DNA of 55,728 bases, filler included, from Bipalium vagum (Eukaryota): the NCBI GenBank assembly GCA_037834085.1. It is 3 parts of 3 records of this genome, joined end to end, with 100 filler letters (N's around TTAATTAATTAA, not from the genome) between each part and the next. Parts side by side here need not be neighbours in the genome. Positions count along the whole stretch, not along the records: positions 38,529 to 55,728 come from JBBMKC010074732.1; 2 more parts are not named here. The stretch is one strand, 5' to 3'. Positions 38,529-51,805 of the stretch are shown here, one piece after another. A program made the position numbers and the translations under genes. The notes under the pieces were generated by a model. That model ran no database searches and was not told the DNA's origin. It saw nothing but the letters and a program-made list of their open reading frames with translations. Position 1 is the first letter of the stretch. Each line of letters opens with the position of its first letter.

Positions 38529-38597
<69 letters not shown>
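38529..38597. repeat. (AAT)n microsatellite, ~23 units
   Basis: Seen directly. Confidence 0.95.
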
Positions 38598-38600
<3 letters not shown>

Positions 38601-39505
38601 CGTAACTTTCAAATAATTTATAATAAAATTTTAATTAATTAATTAAAAAATCATAATTTATATTTATGAATTTAATCATGCTATTTTAAATATCTGTTTA
38701 AAATTTAAAATTAATTTTTAAATTTTAATTTTTTCTTTATTTTTTTCAAAAAAATTTCAAAATGTCTCATTCCTGTTTCCAGTGGTTTGTTTAATGAAAA
38801 TAGGGAGTAACTTTTTATATTAATTTTTACAATGAACTCAATTGTTAATTTTGTCTTTATTTAGTTTTACACGTCGATAGATATTAGCAACATAAAAAAG
38901 AAAATGATTTAAAATGTGGCAGTTTGAAAATGAAAATATTTTTTGTTTTAATGTACTCAGAAATTTGATTTAAAATTAAGTATGAATAAAATACATTTGG
39001 AATGCCTTTTTTGAAAACTTAATTTTCAAAATTAAAAATAATAATGAAGTTGTTACAGAATTATTAAAATTATAAAATAAATCAAAATGTAAATGTTCAC
39101 CTATTTAAAATCTTAAATCCTCGAAATTAAATTTTCAGAGATTTTGATTTTATTGTTTAGTTTGAAATTGAGGCATATCCTTTAGCATAGTATTCATACA
39201 ATTTTCCAATGGTTTTTATTTCGTTTTTAGACTGTTTTTCGTATTTTTTGAATGCAACTGACCGTGGAATTCAGCTGTTACGATTCCTGTGACTGACCTG
39301 AAATGTATACATTAACTATGCGCGCTACACATCATATCTAAATCAAATTCGTGCGTTGCTTGTGTGGGCTCTGCCAAAATACATCTCTATAAATTGTAAT
39401 TATACAGGGTGTTTGAGATAAATATTTTATAATATTATATTATTTTCAAACTAATATTATATAAATATTTTTATAAAATCCATCTTACCTTTACTATTTT
39501 AAGTG

Positions 39506-40694
39506 TCGTAGATACTCGAATATAAGTTGAGGTTTTTTTCTATAAAATTTGATGAAAAAAAATGGGGTCGACTTATATAAGAGTCATAGCAGTTTTAACC
39601 AATGTAATGGCTGTATTTATGCAATGTATCACGTTGTGTTCATAATTGAATACTGGTTATCATTTATGTTTCGTTTTTTCCAGTTTTTATCAGCATCACA
39701 GTGCTACGCATGATAAATTTATTTCAAATTTCTCACAGCTTTTTTTAGCACGTCGCACACAACTCGCCTATATATAGCCCATGTCACCTGTCACAATTAT
39801 GAAATTCAGTCATTCTACATCCACAAAATGCCAGAACAGAAACGAAAACGATGTGCGTATGATGCTTCCTTTAAACTCCCAGGAAACAGAACAGTCCATC
39901 CCAGCGGACCATTTTTTGAGGGGCAATGTGCCTTATGCCGCTATAAACCATGTCATATATCGACGAATGAATTGTTATATCCTTGAAAAGCAAATTGGAC
40001 AATATAGAATAGTATAAATCTTTATTTTTTGAATATATTGTTCTATATTGCTTTTCCGCTTATCGAATTCTGAGTACAAAGACATAATTTGGTTCATCAT
40101 TTTTCTTCAATTTCGTTTGATTCAGAAAAGAGATGTCCAGTGGACAGACGCAGACCACCAAAGCTGGAAACCTGAAACGACCAGACATCTTGACAGTCAC
40201 TGGGTGGACCAAAACAGCCTGTGAGAAGATAGACGGCTCACTCATCTCATACAGCTTCAAGAAGACAGGGATATCAAACAAGATGGACGGAACTGAAGAC
40301 GACATACTCTGGATAGATGACTCCACCGCTGCCGAAGATTATGACGAATCGGATGATGACGACTTCTATTCAGACCATATGACTAATGAGCAGGCATTGC
40401 AACTTCTTCAAACAGACTCGGATTCTTAACTTTGTTGTTTTGAATAAATGTTACCTATGATGCTATGTTTGTAAATAAAAATATATAAATATTATCACGA
40501 ATATTTTGCATAAAGTATCAAAAGATTGAAATTTTTTCCTTGTTATTTTGTTATTTTCCAAATTTCCGAAAGAGGAAACTACCCAGACATATATTTATAC
40601 CTCGACTTATATAAGAGTCATACGGTTTTTCACAGAATTTCCCATTTCCCCCTCGAGTCATACACGAGGTAGACTTATATTCGAGTATCTACGG
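39506..40694 (+). mobile_element. pogo-superfamily (POGK/Passer-like) element, internally deleted
   Basis: TIRs TCGTAGATACTCGAATATAAGT and ACTTATATTCGAGTATCTACGG|TA. Subterminal TCGACTTATATAAGAGTCATA at both ends. N-terminus MPEQKRKRCAYDASFKL; C-terminus TKAGNLKRP..W..SFKKTGISNKMDGTEDDILW. Confidence 0.9.
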
Positions 40695-40749
40695 TAAACT
40701 AATATATTAATAATATCAATAGATCAAAATAAATCTTAAAGTCTTACGT

Positions 40750-41082
40750 ATGTCTTCGGAATACGACAGAAGAGCAGCAATACTCGAATTGCTTCGCTCC
40801 GGAAAAACATCCTAACAATTTATCATCTGGTTTTGTTATTATACATCAAGAAAACAATATTAAACCTCACCAAAAGGTTTAAGGAGAATCAAGACATGGA
40901 CAATATAAATGCAAAACGAAAAAGCCACATCAAACGTTCTGACTCAAAAAGAAATGAAATTTTCATGGCCGAATTAAAAAGAGAAAATTGATGCTGATGG
41001 CTTTAAAAGTATAAGTGATTTCGCCAATGAAATGAACGTGGCCAATCCGACAATTAATGTAGCAGTAAAGCAAGATTTAGGT
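40750..41082 (+). mobile_element. maT/DD37D-like transposase N-terminal fragment
   Basis: MSSEYDRRAAILELLRSGKT..RKSHIKRSDSKR..IDADGFKSISDFANEMNVANPTINVAVKQDLG. Confidence 0.7.
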
Positions 41083-41271
41083 GATAAATTTAATTAATAA
41101 TAATTAATAAAAGTAAATAAGAGTAATAATAATTATGAACTTTTTTGGTTTTCCTAATCTTGACAATATCTAATTATCAAGATCAAATTAAATCTGCAAT
41201 TAGAAATCGATTTGGTAACTTTTGATCAAAAATGGAATTAATATTCCCTCATAAGAATTTACAAAAGGTGA

Positions 41272-41647
41272 CGTAGTCATCAATGGGGTGCAAATTGTTC
41301 AGATTTTCAGATTACTGAAAAGAAAATTACTTTTAAAATTTTTATGTTTTCTGAGCCACAGAAATCAACGATGAGTCTTGTGTGATTCGGTCGTTTTTAA
41401 TATTTATTATTTGATTGTAACAATTGGATAGCTTATGATTAGAATTTTGATCAATTCATTATCTGTTTTTATTGACCAATCGCTATACGATTTTAGTTAT
41501 TTGTTTATTTTATTTGATCGATTGACCACTTATTTTGAACATTTGATCGCATAAATAAAGTTTTATTGTGATTATTTTGATTCAATTACATCTTAACACG
41601 TTATTAACTAAAGTAAGAGTTAATAAAACCCCGAGCTATATGCTACA
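41272..41647 (+). mobile_element. Deleted LTR related to 16050-16888
   Basis: Starts CGTAGTCATC (compare TGTAGTCATC), shares AAAGTTTTATTGTGATTATTTTGATTCAATT, and ends CGAGC..CTACA. Confidence 0.5.
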
Positions 41648-42269
41648 CAGTTTTAATAGTATTAAAAACGTAACAATTATTGATTTGATCTACCTCAATT
41701 CCATTAGAGTTATGATAGAAATATAAATCGTACAAGACGGGATATTATTCAACGAATACTCAAAAAAAATTCAAATATGAAGATGGATTTCACAGTAGAA
41801 ATGTACATCTATTAAATGTATATCTATTATTATTTACAAAAATATTAAGGAAACCTTTTCAGTTTTCAATTTGACTCCAAATTATGTCAATTTTAGTAAT
41901 GTTCGCGATTTTTTAAAAACAGTGATCACAATAAGAATGAATTTACTGAGTTCGCAAATAGAGTGGAGCACCGTAAAATAAAATTTAGAAAATAATAATA
42001 AGAATTTTTCCTTGGAATTTATTAAGTGTCATTAATTAATTAAGTATTTATAAAAACCAATTTATTTCCTGTCTAATCTTGTAGAAATTCTATTATTAAA
42101 ATTAAAAATATTACTTGAGACATTAAAAATTTACAGTAATTATTTTATCATTTATTATTACTTATCACTTTCCAAAATTTCTGGACATTTGAATTTTACT
42201 GAATTTTGGGATTTGATAATATAATGTTTATTTCCTCAAGTCGAGAAAAAAATAAAATGGATCTACAAC

Positions 42270-42950
42270 GCGTCAGATAGATCAGGAACTTGATTTTTCA
42301 ATACTTGCAAAGAAAAGCGATTTAAGAAACTGAAATATGAGAAAAAACTTGATTTATGGATTCTTCATAATATTAAGGGATTTAAATTATACAACAAAAC
42401 TAATGTATTTCTGAAACGAGTAATAATCAGAGATGAGAAATGAATTAATTGTGATAATGTAAACAGAAAAAGATGGTAGTTCAAGAAAGTTGAATCAGTA
42501 CGAATGATAGCCAAAGCCGTGATCTATCAAAAGAAGAATGTAGTATTAGTATGATGGGACTATAAAGGAATTATTTATTTTGAAATATTGTCACACAATG
42601 AAACAAATAATTCAAATGTATATATTCAACAAATATCCAATTTGAATAATCAAATACAAAAAATCGCTCTGAATTGGACAATCGAATTAGGTGTCGTCTT
42701 TCACCACCACAGTGCAAGGCCACACACTTTTTGGCTACTAGGAAAAATTTATTGGAGCTAGAATAAGATGTGTTGCCATATTCAGCATTTCGGCTGGACC
42801 TCATATCATCCGATTATTGTTTAATTCATTCATTGAACAATTTTCTGAATGGAAGAGTTCAAAGATTATGAAGAATTAAAATAGGACCTTTACATTATTT
42901 TAATGATAAAATCAGATCTAGTATGAAAAAGGTGTTATGATCAAATTATA
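42270..42950 (+). mobile_element. mariner catalytic-domain remnant
   Basis: V*WDYKGIIYFEILSHNETNNSNVYIQQI; DVLPYSAFRLDLISSDYCLIHSLNNFLNG (YSPDLAPSDY-like). Confidence 0.85.
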
Positions 42951-44299
42951 TTATTATGATAGTTTATTATTATGATTAAATTTAAAGCAGTTTTTGTTTC
43001 AAATTCTTATTTCTTAAATATATTCTATATATTTTTTATTTGTTAAATAAGAAGTCCCGATAATAATGGAATTCTATAATATTTATCTTTTCTATAGGTG
43101 GTACTATTAACTTGAAACTTCTACAATTGAAATCGAACTCGTTCCATATTTTGTAATTTATATTTCTGAATTTTTTAATGAATGTGAATATTGAAAGAAT
43201 ATTTCACATTTCCTGTCTGCATCTAAAGGAATAATCTTATTTGCAAAAACAAGAAAGTAAAAATTTTGTCTGATACTAGTATAGAGTCCTATGATTTAAA
43301 AGTACAAGGATATTTCAATATTTTCCGATCGAAAATAATACCTCTAGTAAAAATTTATAAAAAATCTTTCCACACAAATATCAAATGTGTCCCTGAAGGT
43401 ATTTTCTAGACTTCATAAAATGAAACAATAACTTCATGATTAGCCAAGCGTTACCCATATAACACTAATTATTATTATTATTATTAATTAATAATAATTA
43501 ATATTAGTAGAATTTCTTATTATATAAATTTTATATTTCCGCGGTTTCATGTGTGATAAATATAAAATTATTTATTTTCCATAAAAATTGTTTAATGAAA
43601 TAAATTGTTTAAAATGAATTAGTAAAAATTTAGAAAATAAAAATATTAATTCATTGTTATAAAATTTCATATTATTATCATTCATATTTTAATTAGTTTT
43701 CTTCATCTTATTCTTTGAAATACACATGAATCTCAGTAATAAAAGAAAATCAATTAATTTCGCAAAAATCAGGAAAATAAAATTGTATTCTGCAATGTTA
43801 AGATATTTTTTTGCCTTTTTTCATCATTTTTAATAATACATTTGCCGGGTAAGTTAAAAACCTTTTATCACGATTTGGCCAAAGCAACAAGGGAAATTTC
43901 GTTGTTTAGTTTTATAAAATTTTCATTGATCTAAAGTGGTTGATTTTTGAGCAACAAGAACAAATGTTTGAGTTAATGCTTTCATTAAACTAAGACGGAA
44001 ATCTATTAAAACAAAGTTTATTTGTCTTATCATGCATTAAACTTTAAAAATTTTTGTGGGTTTACAGTTTTATATTGATTTATTTGATTTTTTATTGATT
44101 TTTTAATATATATTTAAACAAAAATATTATCATTATTAATATTTTTTTTATTAAGTCGTCACATAAGTAATGTTCTTGTAATAATTTATATTCACACAAT
44201 TGTTTAAGTATATCTAAACAATTTCTTTTTTGGGGAAATTTTGAATTTTAATGCTTTAAAACTTGTGTAATTTGATGAATATGCATTAAATTTGTAGAA

Positions 44300-44650
44300 A
44301 TGACAGACAACATGATGAATGAAGATCACATGCAACATTATATTATTTTGTAAATTTCATTATGGTAAGCCTGCATTAGATGCTGCTAGATCAATTAATC
44401 AATTCTAAACTGATGCAATTGATGTCAGAAAATGAGATAGTTTTTCTGATTAAAAATTGGAATTTTTTTGGCTAATTCTCTTAAATTAAACAGGCTGCAA
44501 GTTCCGGATACAAACTTTATTCAGTCATAGATTCAAAAAATCAATTTCAAACACTGGTTGGAATGAGCTCACAATTATAAATCAACAGGGAAACAATTCG
44601 TTGACATTTAAAGGAAATGGATAACGAGAACAAGGAAGGAATATGGTATT
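44300..44650 (+). mobile_element. mariner N-terminal remnant
   Basis: HMQHYIIL*/FHYGKPALDAARSINQ..INRETIR*HLKEMDNENKEGIW. Confidence 0.6.
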
Positions 44651-46279
44651 GAAAGATTTTGCCAGTTTTAGCAAACAGAAATGGATTCATTATTTATCAA
44701 GATAACGCAAGCCCGTAAGTCACATAGAAGACAGTCTAAAGGATTATCGACTTTGGATTTTATCTCATCCTCCTTAAAATTTGTACATTGTACCTCCAGA
44801 CTATCATATATTCCGAAAAATGCAATACTTCTTGGTCGAGAAAAAATTCGTTTCTTATTGAGTTGCAAATATTGAAATTTTTGTTTTTATTGAAATCCAT
44901 TTTGTTGATTAAAGTTTTCCATAAATGACATTACTTGAGGATTCGATCTAAATATTTCCGAAATAATAAAATTAAATAATTAATATAATAAAATGAAAAA
45001 TATTTTAAAGTATTACTATTTTTCATCTGGAACTAATTAGAAATTATTATGCTACTTATAAAAGACTCTTACTTATGATGTTAATTTATTATAAAAAATA
45101 CCTATTTGTTTAAATTATTAAGTTTAATATTTCCTTTAAATACATAATAATAATGATAATTATTATTTTTATTATCATTATATATTTTTATACATTATCA
45201 AATTGTATTTGATAATGATTATATCATAGATTTTGAAGAAGTGTTTAAAATTTGTCATGTCTCTAATTCCAAACTGACTCTCTAGGGATCTGTGAACCAT
45301 TCCTAATGCCTAGCACTTCCCTTATTAGATTACCAAATACTTATCACCGAATGCTTACATTTGGTTTCGCGAATATTTACTAAAGTATCAAATATCATGG
45401 CAAAAAGTCTTAGCTTATTGCCTGACGCCGATCGACTGCTGAACACTGTTGACCAAACAGCTTCGAATATTCTTTCCCAGTTGAGGATTCTTTTAATTCC
45501 ATAATATGTTAATTTACAATTCAGAAAAACAGGATCTCTTCATTTATTTTTATAAGTCGCACTTATTCAAACAATAAATAATAAAAATTTTCAATAAAAC
45601 GAAAATCATAAATTATTAATTTCTTAAATATAGCAGACTTACAAATCAATACTGTCCCTGTGAAAATTCTCTCCATTAATATCAATGATTAAAGTTTTTC
45701 TTATACTTATTATGAAAAATACAAAAAAAAACAAATCAAAAAGAAAAATATATTCCTAAAACATTAAAATTTTTATAAATAATTAGCTTTGACGATCCTA
45801 AAATTGGCATTTAGTTTGGATTCTGACAGGGAGCTCTTAGAATTATATTTTGATGATTGTCAGTGATAATATTGTCTTCATCAATAATTGTCATCTTTTC
45901 TGACAGGTTTTCCTTTTTCTGAAGTGTACAGACATATGTAGACATGATTACATGGTTGAATGAGTTAGAGAGTGTGAAGAGATTATATTACGAAAGACAG
46001 TGGAAAAAAGGAAGAAAGAAATAAAAGAAAATCAAATCAAATCAGTGCTATCATCAAACGAATTTGGAAAGTAATGATTATCTGAATCTCATTTTTTTAG
46101 TTAAAGGTTTTGACTTAGACACTTTTCTAAAAAAATTCTTTATGTTACAATTAGTACTAATTCTCAAGCGTGCAGAAATGCTTATAAGCAAGGTAATGAG
46201 TATGAACTGCATCATTTCATTGAAGGTGGTTTATTTATACATAAATGTGTAAAATCATTTATTTACGGACACGCATCCT

Positions 46280-46725
46280 ATTGAGAATTGAAAAGAAAAC
46301 CAGGGAGAGAGATAAGCGGAAAAGAAATGTAAAAAGCATTTATCATAGAAGAATGGTAGAAAATTCCTTTGATTTTTCCAAAAAATTTGTTTAAACAATG
46401 CATAATAGATGTCAAATGATGCTTAATAGAAAGGAAGACCAATAAAATATTAGACATGCCAGGTTCATTCAATACTTTGTTGCTTATATGTCATAAATAT
46501 AATCGTACGAATAAATCTTGTGATCTTAATTTCTTGAGTTTTCCAAACCGAAGTCCATAGATTTTTGAAAATATTTTTTCTGATCTTTATGCTATTTGAT
46601 ACTTTTAGATTAATATGCTGTAGATTTGAGTACAATTATTTTACAATAAATAAGTGTCATACTGCTTTATAAATCGAAATATTTTATAAATGAGGTGAAC
46701 GTACGAATAATTCTTGCAGATGGTG
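46280..46725 (+). mobile_element. Tc1 3' remnant with right end
   Basis: PIEN*K..KAFIIEEW*KIP; inner and outer repeat GTACGAATAA.TCTTG; terminus ...GATGGTG|TA. Confidence 0.6.
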
Positions 46726-47695
46726 TATATATAATCAAATCGGTTTCAATAAACTTAATTTTTTCACAAAGTAAAATTAAAAATAATTTTCTAAAATTAT
46801 CTACAAAATAAGGCTTAATAGGTATTATTTTACTTAAATTAAAATGAAATTAAAAATTTTAAAGTATTAAAGAATTAATAATATAATTATATAATAATTA
46901 ATTATTATACGTATATAATAATATATAATATAAATTATTTTTAGATCATCGATCTCTGAAATTGAAACCTATTATTATTCGTTCGATAGAAAATGTGTAG
47001 TCAATATAAATATTTATTTATTGATTTATTAAGTAATTAAGTTTTTTAAAACCAATTAATTTTAAATCTGATTATTAATTAAGTAATTGAAAATTAGTTA
47101 CAATAATTAATAAATAAAATTTATAATTAAAAAATTCGAAATCAGATTATGTAGTAAATAGAAAACCTGATTATGAAACGGATGTAAGTCCTGTTTAAAG
47201 TATTAAAAGATGAATGCATTAAATATTGTTCGGAGCTGTATGCGATAATGAATTAAATTTCACTTTAAGAAATAAAAGTAAATAAAGTTTTGATATATGT
47301 TATACATAAAAATTATAAGGTAAGATATATTAATTTTATTACTTTACTAAAAACAGGGGCCTCTGTAATTTTTTATAATTATCAAATAACATTTTTCGTG
47401 TTACAGAAATTGTTGTAGAATTCGCCTCTCATGATGACCGTAATTATGAGCTTTACTTATATTTTTGACAATCCTTTTTAAACTTTTTAAATTAAACTTT
47501 GTGTTATTTTTTAATTAAACTCTTTTATTCAAAATTATTATTGAGAAATGTTCCCTACTTTAAAAAGCATTAACAATAATTTTCATTCAATAAAACTTAA
47601 AAACCCAATGCTTTAACTTTACTATCTCTTCTTTGTTTTAGGTAAAGAATTAGTTTCAATAAAATGACAAGTATTGTAAAAATATAGTTAAGTAA

Positions 47696-49060
47696 TAAGT
47701 TGTCCAAGAAGTTCCCTCTGTTCATTATAGAAGTCTCATAAACATACATGTAAATAATAAACAGTGGAACATTGTACTTATGGTGTCATTGTATTTGTGT
47801 TTCGTAATTTTTAATAGACAGTTACGTGTTTAGTCATATCTTATTATTTTGTTTTTTCAGACAAACAAACATAGTGTCAATTGAACAATGAGAAACATGT
47901 CAGACATCTTTTATTGTTTTGAAATAATAGTGAAAGAAGTGCAGCCTCATAAATATATTCTTGTGTTGTCATTTTAAATAATAATATAAGATCAAAGCAA
48001 TAGTAAATTATTAAAGCAATTACTAAATCCGATTACTTAAAAAAACTTTTCAAACATGGACCCCACCTTTTTTTTTAAAACTAAATTTTTACATTATAAT
48101 ACATTACTAAAATTTATTTAAATATTTCAAAAAACGTAACATTATAATTTTTAAAAACTTTAAATTAAAAACATTTAATAATTGTTAATTTAGGTGTGAG
48201 ATCCTTATTTTAAAAAAATTCAAGCAAAATAATTGTTCGAACTACTCATTATACTCATCAAAATTTATTTGTTGTTTACGGGGATGGATTTTTTAACTCA
48301 AAAACATCTCAAAAGTGGTTTAAAGGATTTTCAAAGCAAACCAATTCAACATAAATTACAACCCTCTGTTTGCAAGACTATCAGTAACTGATGAAGAATG
48401 CTTGGAAGACCTTTGCGGAGATAAAAGGCAAACATTACATGAGTTGTCAGAGAAAATAATTTTTTTACCAAAACTGTCTTAAACCATCTAAATTCTTTGG
48501 GGAAAGTGCAAAAATTTGGTTCTTCGATATCACACAAACAGACAAAGGCAAACAAAAAAAATTTCTGTTCTTCTCTATACGCACCTCACCGTACAACAGC
48601 CACATATACCATTTTTAAACCGAATTATGAAAAGCGGTGCTTGATGCCAATATCAAGCAAAGGAGGACATGAGTGAATAAGAGGGACAATACTCCAACTC
48701 GGATGAGATAAGATATGGATCTTAAGAATAAAATGCTTTTTGTTTTGTTGGACACTGAAGGCTGATTCATAAAGAAATTTTGTTCAGAACGAGGCAATCA
48801 CTGCTGAAAAATATTGCCAACAAATCGGCAGATTATATGACTCAACAAAAAAAAGACGCAAAAATTTTAAAAGCGATTTTTTATTCTGTTAATACAAGTC
48901 CACACAGTGTGAAATTTACAAAGAAAATGTTGGACGACTATGGACGGGAAGTTCTAGATCATCCACCTTTTTCACCGATATCTCGGTGTCCGATTTTTAT
49001 CTTTTCCGATGTCTGTAGAATGATTTACAAGAAATCAGATTTGATGACTTATATTATGTG
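47696..49060 (+). mobile_element. Fragmented mariner
   Basis: YGDGFLTQKTSQKWFKGF; LNHLNSLGKVQKFGSSISH; REVLDHPPFSP. The 5' boundary is a tentative TIR-like TAAGTTGTCCAAG. Confidence 0.7.
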
Positions 49061-51010
49061 AATATTCTGAAATATACATCATAAAATAAAGTTATTATGC
49101 AGTTGTTATGAAGTTCTTTATGCTGCCCTTTCTCATATTCTGGTCTTTTTAACTCCCAGGAAACTCCCATAAATTATATAACCATGATGAATAAGTTGAA
49201 GCAAAAGTATACGGTAAATTCTATTATTGTTACAAATTCTCGAAGGATCAATTTTTGCTTATTATTCCTAAGAGGTTTGGCTTCAAGTTAGTAAGATGAC
49301 GATTGCTGCTTTCATTAATTTCCATATCATTTTGCAATTCAACCAGGTTTATAATTTATATTATAGATTGATCATCCAAGAGCCTTTCACCATTTCACAT
49401 CTCACCAAAAGTTATTAAACACCTGCAACGTGAACGATATCACAAAACTAAGTATTTTTTATTTGAAGTGATTTTATTAGTTGAACCTGAGCAAATATAA
49501 TATATCAAATCATATTTTAATTTAACAAATTATTCTTAGGCAATATTATTCAGTGAAATATTCTTCATTTTCATATATTTAATCCTCAAGGACCTGATCC
49601 GTCCTTATGTCAGTAAAGAGTGAATTGATTAATTTTCAACATTGGCTTGTGATAATATGATAAAATATATTTTCAGAGGGTTAGAATTGCCCTTGAAAAT
49701 AAAATTTTAATGAAAAATCTATAGATCATTACTTCCACAATGTTAAAATATTAATATAAAATACTAAAATTTGATGGGAATGAATTAGCATAAATTAAAC
49801 CAGTCCAGAGAATTTTAATAAGACACTTCTAATCACTCAATTTATCAAATGAGCAACGTATGATATGAGAGGAGTGCATTAATGCCACCACGTATCTTCC
49901 ACTATTGATTAGTATTAATTAGCATTACTGCAGCCCCCTTTTCCCTTATTCATAACTAAATTGGGCCAGGGAGTTGTAAATTTCATTTAATTGATCAAAA
50001 AACGTTAAATTCATTAACATAAAGAAATCGGTAGTAATGGATTTTCTTTTATTGTCAAACTTTTCCATTCTTTATGCTGATTTGTAAGAGATTAATAGCC
50101 TTGACCAAGACTTGGACCTGGTCAAGAAATTCCTATCTTAGTTAGACACATCATACATATAGTAAAGAAGGTAATTTAATTTTTTGTGTTTTGTAATATA
50201 ATTCCTTTATTTTAATTTAGCAAATAAAAAAATTAAGTAATATATTCAGACAAAAAGAGAAAATAAAACATCAGTTCAGCTTGAATTATATTTTGAGATT
50301 TTTTCCCCTTGGTTAAGAGATTAACAAAAATATTAAGATTGGCACCTACACCCATTTTTGTACGATTTGGCTGCGCAAGATTACCATTTAATTCATTCAC
50401 TTCAACATTCCTTGCTTGATATTCTATCCAGTTGTTCTTGACAAACGAGCCTTTCCATGCTTATTTTATCTGTTTCTTCAAAAAATAAGACAAGAATTTT
50501 GAAATTCCTCATAATGAGAAATACTAGAAAGAGTAAGACATTACCGATTCAGTTTTTTACCAACAAAAAACTCTTCAATTTTCTACTTAAATAAAATGTA
50601 TAACATTACAAATTGAATTTCTGATTGAATACATGTATTCACATCTATAGGTCGATAATCAATAATTGTACGATCTTTAATAATTTGTTAATTTTATCAC
50701 AAATTCGAAATATTCAAACATTTTTAGTCAAACCATGAGAATTCACTGGTAATATAAATAAAAATAATAGATTTATGTTCTATATATACATATATGTATA
50801 ATACCTTTTCATTGAAATAGACTCAAAGAAATAATAAAGGTTTCTTATGAAATACTTAATTATTTTTGTTTTTTCTACTTAATTAGTTAACGTTATTCAA
50901 AAAGTGATGATTTATTAAGCCTTTCAGTTATTGCTGTTTCTTCTATAAAATTGCTTTAATTTATCATTTTATGCATAGCGTTCCTTTCCATTTTTTGAGT
51001 GTTATCAATG

Positions 51011-51805
51011 TAGTCAAACTCGGATAAGTGCCCATCGATTTTGTAGAGAAATTTTGTGCACTTAAACATTTTTGAGAATTATTGTTAATTTTGTATTTAA
51101 TAATTATGTAATTTTGAACTAGGCTACTTATAAAGTTAAAAAGACAGAAGTATGTAAGCATATTTTATATAAAGTGATGGGTTATTTTCTTTTCTTCCGC
51201 ATTCTTCTTAATTAAGTCATTAATTTGATTTTCTATAGAATTTATCATTTGGCAATAATCATTTCTCTAGTCCATTATAGCACTTTTTGAAGCATTTCTT
51301 GAAACCAAAGCATAAAAGTCTGTTCTACTTCGTTATAGCTGTCCACACGAATGCTCTGTCTAGAAGTGTTAATGTTTTTATAATTTATAGGATTTATAAT
51401 TTTGGCTTCTTGGTACACAATTCTAGAAATTGTACTTAGATAAAATTTTAAAAATTGACAATAATTCGTTCCGAGTTTTGGATTTTGCTTTCAATGTTAA
51501 TATTATTTCTATCTTCTGTTTGATTTTCTGTAGAAGTTTGAATTTTTGTCATATGTGCGCACAAGTACTATAAATTTTGAAAATGAAATTTACAATACGA
51601 AAATATTTAAACAAAATAATTATATAAATAATTGCATCAAACCAAACATTTATTTAAAATCGAAATAAAATTTTGTGCACTTAACCCATTTGCAATTATT
51701 CGTTCTATAAAAAGTTTAATTTGATCTTTAAAACGGAAATTTTGATTTATGTTAAGTTAGCAGTGCTGTGCAGTTAATCGTTGTGCACTTATCCGAGCTG
51801 GACTG
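51011..51805 (-). mobile_element. Non-autonomous Tigger/pogo element
   Basis: TIRs TAGTCAAACTCGGATAAGTGCCCATCGATT and AATCGTTGTGCACTTATCCGAGCTGGACTG. CENP-B-type HTH remnant RQSIRVDSYNEVEQTFMLWFQE. Confidence 0.85.
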
